From IMG/VR virus record IMGVR_UViG_3300046460_000097: a stretch of 64,000 bases of DNA; one strand, given 5' to 3'. The notes beneath the pieces are model-generated. The model was given only the letters and a program-made list of their open reading frames with translations, ran no database searches and was not told the DNA's origin. Positions 30,049-39,393 of the stretch are shown piece by piece. The stretch's first letter is position 1. Each line of letters opens with the position of its first letter. A program made the position numbers and the translations under genes. The DNA is from a virus. Lineage: Duplodnaviria > Caudoviricetes.

Positions 30049-30123
30049 CTTTATGGCTGCAATTTGTTTTTTCGAAGGATGCTATAGGTTCAGCCTATAT
30101 TTATAACCCAAAGGTATTCTCAC

Positions 30124-31179
30124 ATGACTACGTCGGTACTTGCTCGTCGTTTTGTTAATACCCCTACAGTGATGGAGCTTTACGAGAGCGAAGCCGGTGG
30201 GGATCAATTGCCAGTTGCAGAGAAGGTCGAAGACAAACTGTCTGATGAATACGACCAAGTCGATGGTAGCGAAGGTTACTACCGTTATACCTTGCAGCAC
30301 CTGCCACGTGCTCACGCCGATCTGGACGGTGTTGTTGGTAACGAAGGTTTGATCCAATGGGTCAAAGACACTGTGGGTACTCTTATCCAAGCGGTGAAGA
30401 ACTTCTTCAAGTGGTTGTTCAGCTTCTTTACCAGCAAGAGCAAGATCGCTGAGACGAAGATGAAGAAGCTGGAAGCCGCTCTGGACAAGAACGGTGTTAA
30501 GGGAGGCTACCATGCTTACCCTCCGGTTTACATCAACCTGTGGGCCAGTAAGGCCAAGGTACCGGATCATCTGGACTGGATGGCCAAGTCGCTCGATACA
30601 CTTGAAGCAGCCATCGTTAAAGGCCAGGAATACGTCAAGGCTATCGAGTGGTTCTCTAATGACACTAAGCAGACTGTTCTGGCTCACGGTCAGCTCAGCA
30701 AAGCTTGGGAGCACTACCAAGACGGTGAGAAGCAGTTCCACGACAAGCTGGAGAAGATCTTCGGTAAGGAGAACTCCCTGTTCATCGGCGGTACTCACGT
30801 TACCGTTATGGCCGGTGGCAAAGTTCAGATCGATCCGGATCCTGAATTGCTCGAAGCAGATAAGGAAGGGAAGTGGACCACCAACGATACCACGGTCCGT
30901 ACCCTGTTCAAGAAACTCGATCGCTGCAACACCGCGTTCGACAAGTTGCTGACAGACATTACCAAACTGGAGTCTGAGTTCATCAAGACTCTGGAGAAGA
31001 CTGTTACTGCCGCCAACGAAATGGAACAACTGGATCTGCTGAATGCGGACAAGGTTGTCTCCGGGGTTAAGAAACAAGTCTCTCAAGCGATGGCCAGTAT
31101 CAAGGTATTGGAAACGCTGTTCCTTAAGGTCATCAGCGCTGGCATTACCGTAGTGACCGCCACTGTTAACCAAGGGTAA
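30124..31179 (+). CDS. Internal head protein paralog
   Basis: 351 aa; VVGNE is followed by GLIQWVKDTVGTLIQAVKNFFKWLFSFF. Confidence 0.72.
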   Translation: MTTSVLARRFVNTPTVMELYESEAGGDQLPVAEKVEDKLSDEYDQVDGSEGYYRYTLQHLPRAHADLDGVVGNEGLIQWVKDTVGTLIQAVKNFFKWLFSFFTSKSKIAETKMKKLEAALDKNGVKGGYHAYPPVYINLWASKAKVPDHLDWMAKSLDTLEAAIVKGQEYVKAIEWFSNDTKQTVLAHGQLSKAWEHYQDGEKQFHDKLEKIFGKENSLFIGGTHVTVMAGGKVQIDPDPELLEADKEGKWTTNDTTVRTLFKKLDRCNTAFDKLLTDITKLESEFIKTLEKTVTAANEMEQLDLLNADKVVSGVKKQVSQAMASIKVLETLFLKVISAGITVVTATVNQG

Positions 31180-31184
31180 CCACC

Positions 31185-31670
31185 ATGCGTCTTAATTGCT
31201 TGAATCGCACCATCATTGTCGGGGGCAGTCTTGAACGTCTGCGCATTACCGACCTGAATCCACGTTTCGGTTTGGCTCTCGAACTGGATGCCAATACGTT
31301 CAAGTATTCGGTACTGGGTAACGAGGGCACCAAGGGTGTCATTATCGATAAGGTTAGCTTGAATGACCTGTTCGATGGTATCCCTCAGGACATCACCGGT
31401 ATCAACTTTGATTTTGTAACGGGGTCTGTGGCTCCGGGGTTTGATATCGACCTTGCTGTAGAAGAGCCGATCATCGACGACGTCCCTCTTGAAGAACCGG
31501 GGACACACGACGATGCGCTGTCTGTGCACTTCTGCAACTGGAAACGGTTGGTGGGGTTGAATGACCTGAGTCGCGCTGAAGTCGACTTGGGAACCGCGGA
31601 TGACTACCTGTATGTAGAAGCCCGCAAGTCTACTATCTATCGCGGCTCAGTTGCGATCAAGATCAAGTAA
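31185..31670 (+). CDS. Hypothetical beta-rich virion-region protein
   Basis: 161 aa in the head operon. Confidence 0.62.
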   Translation: MRLNCLNRTIIVGGSLERLRITDLNPRFGLALELDANTFKYSVLGNEGTKGVIIDKVSLNDLFDGIPQDITGINFDFVTGSVAPGFDIDLAVEEPIIDDVPLEEPGTHDDALSVHFCNWKRLVGLNDLSRAEVDLGTADDYLYVEARKSTIYRGSVAIKIK

Positions 31671-31681
31671 GGAGTATCGCG

Positions 31682-33118
31682 ATGAGCCTTTATTTTGAAT
31701 TAGGGTTAATCGGTATCTTGTTGTCGGGTAAAGAGAAAGCCCTGACAGAAGAAAGCAACCCGGTGATGGTCAATACCCTGCGTTCCCTGGGTTACGGTTA
31801 CGTTGTAGACGGCGGTGGTGATATTGCTGCTGTTAAAGAGCGTCTCTACGCCATCACTGCCGCGCTGGAAAGTCGACTGGCTTACTACGATTCGTCGGAG
31901 ATGCTGGTTAACACTCCACTGAATCAGTACCTCGGTGAATTGCTGGCTAATGCAGCCAACGGTTCTTTCGATCCTTCCAAGAACGTCGCTATGATGATCT
32001 GTGCGCTGGGTAACAAGACCAGCGAAGGCATGAGTGGCGGTGCGGTTGAAGAATGGCTGGAGCACGCTTACAAACGCATCCAGTACTTCGTTGAAGTGTA
32101 CGAAGGCCACGAGCCTGCACTGATCGAAGGCTTCAGCGTAAACATCCGTCAACTGGAATACGCTGACAAGATCCTCCAGCTGTTGGACGTGTTCGTTACC
32201 ACTCGACTCGGCATGCTGGCTGGTGTGGAAGAGTTCTCTCCTGCGTCGGTAGAAAACCGTACTGAAACAGATGATCCCGATTTCGAGATCGCTGAACAGT
32301 GCGCTCAGTCTGATGACTGTGGTTGCGGCTGCAAGCTGGATCACGCTTTGACTCTACTGCAAGGTATGGAAGACTTGCTCAATGGTCGCGTTACCTACGA
32401 AGCCCATTATGCACACGGCGTGGCTATGGCCAACAACGTGCGTCCCTTCGACGCTGTAACAGGCACTGAAGGTGCAGTCCTTGACGCACTCAAGGATCTG
32501 GGTGAAAAGGCCTGGGAAGCGATCAAGGAGTCTTTCAGCGCTATCAAAGAACTCATCAGTCCTGAAGAGGATAAAGAGAAGGGTTCTGACGCGAAGAACA
32601 AGGCCGACAACAACAAGAAGTCGTTGCAGGCTATGGAAGACAAGTCGGCGCAGATCAACGATGCGGCGAAAGCTGGTATCTTGGCCCTGTGTGACAAGGC
32701 CGACCCAAGCGGCGAGATGAAGAAAGCCATCAGCGGCCTGAACACTGCTGGTGACGGCCCTCGTACCCTTGATGCTCTGTTGGGTGTTCTCAACAAAGAG
32801 ATCAGTAGCGGTAGTGCTTTGCAGGAAGCGTTCAAGAAAGGCGAGAAAGCTCTTGCTGATCTGAAATCGGCGAACGGCAAGGTCTCCGGTGCAGACGAAA
32901 AGAACAAGGATGTCGTGGCCGCCACCAAGGCGCAGGTCAACGACAAAATTGCTCAGGCTAAAGAAGCGCTGAAGACTGCCCGTAAAGAAGTGGGTGATCA
33001 CAACAAGCGTGTCAATGCCATCGTCAAGGCCATCAGCGGTATCAACGAGAAGATCTTCTCCAAGAAGAGCTATCCTGCCGATAAGAAACCGAAAGAAGCT
33101 GCTGCAGCTAAGGAGTAA
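31682..33118 (+). CDS. Head protein with long propeptide and K/A-rich helical C-domain
   Basis: 478 aa with AAGGAG RBS. GVE, GME and GTE sites precede GAVLDALKDLGEKAWEAIKESF. Confidence 0.7.
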   Translation: MSLYFELGLIGILLSGKEKALTEESNPVMVNTLRSLGYGYVVDGGGDIAAVKERLYAITAALESRLAYYDSSEMLVNTPLNQYLGELLANAANGSFDPSKNVAMMICALGNKTSEGMSGGAVEEWLEHAYKRIQYFVEVYEGHEPALIEGFSVNIRQLEYADKILQLLDVFVTTRLGMLAGVEEFSPASVENRTETDDPDFEIAEQCAQSDDCGCGCKLDHALTLLQGMEDLLNGRVTYEAHYAHGVAMANNVRPFDAVTGTEGAVLDALKDLGEKAWEAIKESFSAIKELISPEEDKEKGSDAKNKADNNKKSLQAMEDKSAQINDAAKAGILALCDKADPSGEMKKAISGLNTAGDGPRTLDALLGVLNKEISSGSALQEAFKKGEKALADLKSANGKVSGADEKNKDVVAATKAQVNDKIAQAKEALKTARKEVGDHNKRVNAIVKAISGINEKIFSKKSYPADKKPKEAAAAKE

Positions 33119-33123
33119 GGGCA

Positions 33124-33825
33124 ATGGGTTTGGAAAAAGTTCATCCACAAGTGCTTACCCGGGTTAAGGATCAACTGCCCGAGGGCTACACCTTGGTGGA
33201 TGCAGTAGCCACTTCGGAATCGGTAGCGGTCTTCACAGTAGAGAAGGACGGTGTCTTGGGCAAAGCAACAATGCCTAAGGTCAACCTGCTGGACCTGCTG
33301 AAAGGCCGGGTTATTGACATCACCGCTACTCAGGGTGAGTCACTGGACAAGGTTGTGTTGGAACTCGCTGACAAATACCGGATTCATTTGGTGTCTGGCA
33401 CTGACTACGATGTGGGTGACCAAGTCGTGGACTTCCAAGGCGGTTGCTCTTATCAGGTCTCTGTCCCAACACTCGCTTCTAGCGTCAGTGTGATGGGTGT
33501 GTTGATCTTCGTCGTTCGTGATGAAGTTCAGCCTTGCTCTGCGCTTGAGCATACGTCGTTCGATGTAGAAGGTGCTCGCGTTCGTTTGGCACTGGCTGGC
33601 AAGATCTTCAAGGTCGAAGCACCAGAAGTGGCCGAAGACGGTCTGTCGATGACGCTCTGTGAAGACGCAGCTGCATTCATTGGCGGGCTTGGTTTCGACT
33701 ACAAGCCAACGGTTGAAGACTTCTTCGACGCCAAGGTGCAGGTTATCACCAAAGACACGGTCAGTGACTTGGCCATTGTCCAGTTGCCTTCTGGCTTGAT
33801 TGTACCCGTTCGTTTCGCTGTTTAA
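33124..33825 (+). CDS. Putative virion decoration/structural protein
   Basis: 233 aa with two apparent beta-rich modules. Confidence 0.62.
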   Translation: MGLEKVHPQVLTRVKDQLPEGYTLVDAVATSESVAVFTVEKDGVLGKATMPKVNLLDLLKGRVIDITATQGESLDKVVLELADKYRIHLVSGTDYDVGDQVVDFQGGCSYQVSVPTLASSVSVMGVLIFVVRDEVQPCSALEHTSFDVEGARVRLALAGKIFKVEAPEVAEDGLSMTLCEDAAAFIGGLGFDYKPTVEDFFDAKVQVITKDTVSDLAIVQLPSGLIVPVRFAV

Positions 33826-33835
33826 TCCACAGTTG

Positions 33836-33860
33836 GTAATGGGGGTTCTGCCCCCATTGC
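33836..33860 (+). terminator. Terminator
   Basis: GTAATGGGGG-TTCTG-CCCCCATTGC, with a T-run downstream. Confidence 0.6.
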
Positions 33861-33893
33861 TGACTTCACTATTTTTCTTGTGGGTTTACGCTC

Positions 33894-35444
33894 ATGCTTA
33901 AATCAACCGTTATGTCGGAAGATGACTACAAGTCATTCCTTCGGCCTGCTATTTACGATTCGCTCAAAGCTGTACTGAAGTACTACGGCCTAGAGAACGC
34001 TTCTCAGATTTACTATAACGGTGAGAATGAGATCGCTAAACTCGTAGGGAGCAACGCCAACGATGGTCTCCGTGGTGACATGTACACCGACGGGGTGTTC
34101 CGTAACAAGATTTACATTGTACCCGAGATTCAGCAAACCGATTTCAACAACGGCAATGCTAACCAGCGTCGCCAGCCTACCGAACGTCCTGTATGGATGA
34201 ACGATGACGATCACACCCCTGCCATGGCACTGTATCCTGGCTTCAGCGGTGTAAAGATCGAAGTCACGGTAGCCGCTACATTCAACAGCAGTAAGTTGGC
34301 AGAACACTATGTTCGTCGTATCAATCGGTTGCAATCAAACCAAGTGACCGACATGGCGTTTGATGCCACCGTACACATGGGTCTCAATCCATGTCTGCTG
34401 GAACTGTTCTCTGATGTCCACGGGCTGTTGAAGAAGAACGATCCAACCACTCTCGATTTCGGTGATTGGTTCAGTAAGTTCTGCAAGGTGCCGTTTACCA
34501 CCATTATGAACGTGGCGGGTAAGCACAAGCGGTTGGTGGTACCGATCTGTTTGACCAACATCGGGATTCAGTTTACTGAGCCGTTGATTGCCCGTGCTCG
34601 TAAGGGTGACACATCGGGAACGTTTACTGCGGAGTTCAAGTATTCCTTCTATTTCAATGAGTTCACTCACTGGGAGATTGAGTACCCGTTAAACGTCTGG
34701 CAGGACCAGATCCCTGCGAAGTGGATCAGTGCCCCTAATGCGGCGTTTAAACGTCCCTACGCGATCCGTGTGGCCCCTGAGACGGCTTGGATCAACCAAG
34801 GCGTTGAGACACGTGCTGCTCAGGCTCCGTATTACCTTAAACTGCCGGATCATGATCCTTGGACCATGCCGAAGCAGTCGTGGGTACAGCCTATTGTTCA
34901 GGCTCGGTTGGCGCTACAGGATTTGCCTACCCAACAGCTGGGTAACATCTTCGAGATTCCCGGCTTCAAATGGAACGAACAGGTTAAGAACTATATCCTG
35001 CGTCGTCGTGAGTGGGCATTCACTCAGTTCTTCACGCCGTTTGTGATCTGGGTGTACAGCGACAACATTCGTGTGCTGCCTACTCAGCTGAGTATGGATG
35101 AGACTGGCATGATCACTCTCAACCGTGCACCGACCATGCAGAACACGTACCGTATCGTGGTGACTCTGGATTACGCCATCCGAGATTACACCAACACGTT
35201 CTGGGATGACCTCGTTAAGAACAAGGACGACATTAACTTGTTGCCTGCTATCTTCACGTGGTACGACTGGGCTTCGCTCCCTCAACCTTGGCTGGAAGAC
35301 ATTCCTCGTATTCGTCGTGAGATCGATAAGGGCCGTGGCTTGCCATTTGACGGCACTGGCATTAATCGATACATGATGGACTTGGGTCTCCAAGCGCATC
35401 GACTTCTTTTGGTAGAGGACCTCCGCCATGTCATTCGCAATTAA
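33894..35444 (+). CDS. Virion structural protein (neck/tail region)
   Basis: 516 aa; synteny with phiKZ gp98. Confidence 0.62.
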   Translation: MLKSTVMSEDDYKSFLRPAIYDSLKAVLKYYGLENASQIYYNGENEIAKLVGSNANDGLRGDMYTDGVFRNKIYIVPEIQQTDFNNGNANQRRQPTERPVWMNDDDHTPAMALYPGFSGVKIEVTVAATFNSSKLAEHYVRRINRLQSNQVTDMAFDATVHMGLNPCLLELFSDVHGLLKKNDPTTLDFGDWFSKFCKVPFTTIMNVAGKHKRLVVPICLTNIGIQFTEPLIARARKGDTSGTFTAEFKYSFYFNEFTHWEIEYPLNVWQDQIPAKWISAPNAAFKRPYAIRVAPETAWINQGVETRAAQAPYYLKLPDHDPWTMPKQSWVQPIVQARLALQDLPTQQLGNIFEIPGFKWNEQVKNYILRRREWAFTQFFTPFVIWVYSDNIRVLPTQLSMDETGMITLNRAPTMQNTYRIVVTLDYAIRDYTNTFWDDLVKNKDDINLLPAIFTWYDWASLPQPWLEDIPRIRREIDKGRGLPFDGTGINRYMMDLGLQAHRLLLVEDLRHVIRN

Positions 35445-36717
35445 CCCGTTGGGGCAAGACGTTCCTCCAGAACCAGAACGCCCCAAGATTTACAGCAACA
35501 CGTACAAGCACACCATCGTTGATTCTTCTTATCAGCCTGAGACGTCGCTGCTGACGATGGTTACTGGTATTCCACGTCTGCTGGAGTACTACCGTCAGTT
35601 CCTCGGCCCTGATGAAGAACCCGCTTCGTTCGCTCCTGATAATGCTCCGACGTACCAGAGCTATCAACGCATCAAGCAAATGATCGGCAAGATGGATGGG
35701 AGTGGTTCCTTTAACTTCGATCCCCTCACTGGTCAGAGTTCCAATACGTTCGAGATGTGGTTGGCTTTCGACCTCACTCCTGTGCGTTGGGACGTGTTCA
35801 TTGTTGATATCGGTGAAGGTCGTGCTGGTCTCGGTCACATCAAGGAACAGCCAGAGATCCGTAACAACACGTCGAACAAGGTTTACCTGTGCACGTGCGA
35901 AATCCTGTGCATCCTGACGGAGGATATCTTCGCCAAGCTGAACAGTCGTGTTGTTGATGAGTTCGTGTACGCTAAGGACTCTGCACTGCACGGTGGTATC
36001 TCCGTAGTGACTCCTGCCGAGTTCGATACGGCAGAGAAACTGTTCAACTGGCGGTTGACGATTGCCAACTCGATCATGAACACCTTCTACTGGAATGCCG
36101 AGCGAACCATCGCTTGGGAAGATGACGTGGGTCGCAAGATCTACGACCAGTATCTGGTGAAGTTCCTGTCGGCGGTAATCGAACCGGATCTACGTAACAG
36201 CTATCCTCCGATCGCTACGTTCTCCACGCAGTACGGCGGTCGTGAGTATGGTTCGTATGGCACCATCAACATCTGGGAAGTATTGATGCGGGGTGATTTC
36301 AACCTCCTACCTCAATGCAAGAACAACGACGCGGTGATCATCGCTACCAACCGTCTGATCAACACCCGGACGTACGGTAACCTGCGTTCCAGCAAGTTCG
36401 ATTGGTTTGTAGCAACCGATCCCGATAACTACCAGCAACTCAACATGTACTTCAACTACGACGGCTTCCCTATCTTGCACACCTCTCCGGAGCACAAGGT
36501 AGCCTATCTGTTCTCTCCTGAGTTCTACACAGGGGTTCCACAGACAGAGTTCGAGCGTATCGTGGTGGACGTCCTGAAGAACAAGTTGGTGGATCGCCAG
36601 CGGCTCCTGACATATTGTGAAACCTATTTCTCTTTGGAGAAGTGGCAACAACTTTACTACGGTGCGATCTTGATCCTCTTGATTCAGATCAGCCGTAAAC
36701 TCGGATCCCCACTATGA
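35428..36717 (+). CDS. Virion structural protein
   Basis: 429 aa with GAGGA RBS; synteny with phiKZ gp99. Confidence 0.62.
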   Translation: MSFAINPLGQDVPPEPERPKIYSNTYKHTIVDSSYQPETSLLTMVTGIPRLLEYYRQFLGPDEEPASFAPDNAPTYQSYQRIKQMIGKMDGSGSFNFDPLTGQSSNTFEMWLAFDLTPVRWDVFIVDIGEGRAGLGHIKEQPEIRNNTSNKVYLCTCEILCILTEDIFAKLNSRVVDEFVYAKDSALHGGISVVTPAEFDTAEKLFNWRLTIANSIMNTFYWNAERTIAWEDDVGRKIYDQYLVKFLSAVIEPDLRNSYPPIATFSTQYGGREYGSYGTINIWEVLMRGDFNLLPQCKNNDAVIIATNRLINTRTYGNLRSSKFDWFVATDPDNYQQLNMYFNYDGFPILHTSPEHKVAYLFSPEFYTGVPQTEFERIVVDVLKNKLVDRQRLLTYCETYFSLEKWQQLYYGAILILLIQISRKLGSPL

Positions 36718-37460
36718 GCCAAATGCTGCCCACCCGTTATACAACAGTGCGGGAGAAGATCCTCACACTGTTTAACATTTTGAACAACCGTCAGTTCCCG
36801 GTGTGGATTGCCCCGAAGACCCTGATGTCGACCGAACAACTCCGTGAACGTTACGAGCTGTCTCAACCCGGCTTCGCTAACGACCACGGTTACTACGGCG
36901 ACCCACAGCTGCGCAAGATGAAGATCCCGCAACTGTTGGACATCATGGACAACATCACGTCCCATGAAGACTTGGGGTTCAACAAGGCTGTAGACGTCGT
37001 CACTGAGATCTACGAGTCAATCCAGGAATACATCGCCCTGTGGTGTGAGCTCATGCGTGCTCAAGCGGTAAGGGATTACCCACCACGGGAGGAGCTACGT
37101 AAACTGGAGAGCTTGGCTTTCCTGATCTTCCCGTTGTACAAGAGGATCAAACCGTTCAAGGTTAACGAAGCGATTCGTCAAGCGGGTAAACAGGACAGCA
37201 AACTAATGGGTCAGGGCTTGGCCACCATGGGGATGCTGTTTCAGATCGCCCGTATGGGGTCTGGCCCGGGAGAGACCGAGATCAGCTTCATCAGTCACAT
37301 CGATACCCTCGAAGGGGCTGAGATCAACGATTACAACATCGAGCACGGTCCAGTCAACATGGGTAACTTCTACCCTTCCGCCATTTCCCCAATGTCGGAC
37401 AGTCTCATGAGTGTTGACACTCTGCCAGACAACAACGACTGGATCTTCAAGGCGGATTAA
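36714..37460 (+). CDS. Hypothetical protein
   Basis: 248 aa; ATGA overlap. Confidence 0.7.
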   Translation: MSQMLPTRYTTVREKILTLFNILNNRQFPVWIAPKTLMSTEQLRERYELSQPGFANDHGYYGDPQLRKMKIPQLLDIMDNITSHEDLGFNKAVDVVTEIYESIQEYIALWCELMRAQAVRDYPPREELRKLESLAFLIFPLYKRIKPFKVNEAIRQAGKQDSKLMGQGLATMGMLFQIARMGSGPGETEISFISHIDTLEGAEINDYNIEHGPVNMGNFYPSAISPMSDSLMSVDTLPDNNDWIFKAD

Positions 37461-37463
37461 CCC

Positions 37464-38804
37464 ATGGAACTTCCAAAGCCCATAGCCAACATCATTGCGC
37501 ACGCCAATGCCATTGATGCAACGGGTACGGAGCGTTTGTTCAATGTGGATGCCAACATCATCACTCCTACCCAGCAGATCCCGTTGTTAGTTCCTAACGG
37601 GTTTGCTCGGTTGAGTAACTTTGCTGGCGCTAACAGTGACGATGCTCGGCTCAAGGCGCAGATCCAACCCGGTGTTTACATGCGGGACGTATTGCCACAC
37701 AAAGACAACCTCTACATTGAGGTGATCGAACGTGTGGGCTTCAAACAGGTTATGAAACGTTATCGTTGTGTACCCCTGGGGGATGGCAACCCTGAACAAC
37801 AAGGTGGTAACTCCTCGTTAGCGGATCTGGGCACCAAAGATGACATCAACATGGTGACGGTGACTTTCCAGTTGCTGGAGACCGGCTTCGCTTTGTTGAA
37901 GAACGAAATGGTGGCTGACGTCATGCTCATGCCTACTCTCTACGACGTAATGCACGGGCAGTTAACCGAATACGGGGTTAAGGTTACCGTAACGGGTGCG
38001 GATGCGTTTAAGGGAGTGGACATCGAACGACCGGTTGATAATGAACGGTCATTCAGCCATGTGGCTATTGGTCCTGCTGTGCCTCTGGTTAAACTGGGGA
38101 GCTGGTTGCAGGAGCATGACGAGTTCGGGGTGTACTCGACAGGTCTTGGGCAGTACTACCGTAAAGGTATGTGGTGGATTTACCCACTGTACCGTCTAGG
38201 ACGCTATGAGACGGCGCCTAAGGTGCTTAACATCTATCGGGTGCCCGAGAACGTCATCCCTACCTTGAAACGTTCCTACTTCGAAGATGGGAAGGCTATA
38301 ACCGTTCTGTCGACAGGTGGGGGTAGCCAGAAAGACGGTTCTGACATCAAACGTCAGAACGTTGGTACTGGTAAACGAGTTATTAGTTCTGATGCTGTTA
38401 TGGGTGAAACCGGTCGGTACTACAACAAGGGTCAGGCAGTTACTACACGTCAAGACTCTTTGTCGGAATATCAAACGGCTAAGCGAGCCAGTGGGGAAGA
38501 GATGGTTCCTTTCCACGGGACGCCTACCAACAACATCTGCAAGATGCTAACGCAGAATGCTAAGAACGACGGTAACTCGATTCAGGTTGCTTGGCATAAC
38601 TCTGACAGTTCTTTGATTGTTCCTGCTATGCCTGTTCGTTACTACTACATGAGTGGGAGTGACAAGCTGGTGTATCGGGAGGGAACGACTCAGTACATTC
38701 GTTGTGAGTGGCAGATGGATACTGAGAACGTAGGGCAACCTGTGTTCAGGGAACACTCGGCCATTGGCATCTTCCTAAGCGATGAAGAACTGGCTGGCGA
38801 GTAA
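37464..38804 (+). CDS. Putative baseplate hub-like structural protein (phiKZ gp101-like)
   Basis: 446 aa; the assignment rests on synteny only. Confidence 0.55.
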   Translation: MELPKPIANIIAHANAIDATGTERLFNVDANIITPTQQIPLLVPNGFARLSNFAGANSDDARLKAQIQPGVYMRDVLPHKDNLYIEVIERVGFKQVMKRYRCVPLGDGNPEQQGGNSSLADLGTKDDINMVTVTFQLLETGFALLKNEMVADVMLMPTLYDVMHGQLTEYGVKVTVTGADAFKGVDIERPVDNERSFSHVAIGPAVPLVKLGSWLQEHDEFGVYSTGLGQYYRKGMWWIYPLYRLGRYETAPKVLNIYRVPENVIPTLKRSYFEDGKAITVLSTGGGSQKDGSDIKRQNVGTGKRVISSDAVMGETGRYYNKGQAVTTRQDSLSEYQTAKRASGEEMVPFHGTPTNNICKMLTQNAKNDGNSIQVAWHNSDSSLIVPAMPVRYYYMSGSDKLVYREGTTQYIRCEWQMDTENVGQPVFREHSAIGIFLSDEELAGE

Positions 38805-38903
38805 TTCGTCAGTCATGTCCCTATGCCTATGTTCAGAAATGAATACTCTTCTGTGAAAGCAGGGGGGGGGGATGTGTGGGAGATATTTTCAATATAAACT
38901 AGC

Positions 38904-38927
38904 CCTACCTTCCGTTAGGGAGGTAGG
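38904..38927 (+). terminator. Hairpin
   Basis: CCTACCTTCC-GTTA-GGGAGGTAGG: 10-bp stem. Confidence 0.55.
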
Positions 38928-38962
38928 TTCCTTCTATGCTCTAGCCTTACAGGAAACTAGAT

Positions 38963-39100
38963 ATGTTAAATAGCTTAGCAATCAAAGTACTCAAAGTAGT
39001 TATTCCCAAACCAGTCAAGAAAGAAAAAGACGCGGAGCGCATGGCTTTACAGAAGGCTGACCACGATCGCTTGATTGAACAGACACTCGCAGTGATCTAG
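38963..39100 (+). CDS. Small ORF, 45 aa (not in ORF track)
   Basis: AGGAAA upstream; MLNSLAIKVLKVVIPKPVKKEKDAERMALQKADHDRLIEQTLAVI. Confidence 0.45.
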   Translation: MLNSLAIKVLKVVIPKPVKKEKDAERMALQKADHDRLIEQTLAVI

Positions 39101-39110
39101 GGATGTTCTA

Positions 39111-39290
39111 ATGTTGTCGTTCATTAAGAAGATCCTGCTGCTGTGTTTGGGGGAGCCTACTAGCCATTGGCGAGAGGTAAAGGTATTACGCCCACTCGAT
39201 CCACCTCCTGCTCCGCCTCCAGCGCCTGCTAAACGCACAACAGTCGTAAAGAAGTGTGCTGGTCAGGGGTTACACCGTAAAACGCTTTAA
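39111..39290 (+). CDS. Small basic Pro-rich ORF, 59 aa (not in ORF track)
   Basis: MLSFIKKILLLCLGEP...DPPPAPPPAPAKR...; followed by a terminator. Confidence 0.4.
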   Translation: MLSFIKKILLLCLGEPTSHWREVKVLRPLDPPPAPPPAPAKRTTVVKKCAGQGLHRKTL

Positions 39291-39328
39291 AACGCTTTAC
39301 ACGCGGTTGCAGCATGTACCGGCTATAA

Positions 39329-39369
39329 TTAATACCCTCCTAGCCCTACAAAGGCTAGGAGGGTATTAA
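39329..39369. terminator. Bidirectional terminator
   Basis: TTAATACCCTCCTAGCC / GGCTAGGAGGGTATTAA: 17-bp perfect arms. Confidence 0.75.
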
Positions 39370-39393
39370 CACTATTCACGTTTAACTACACTT

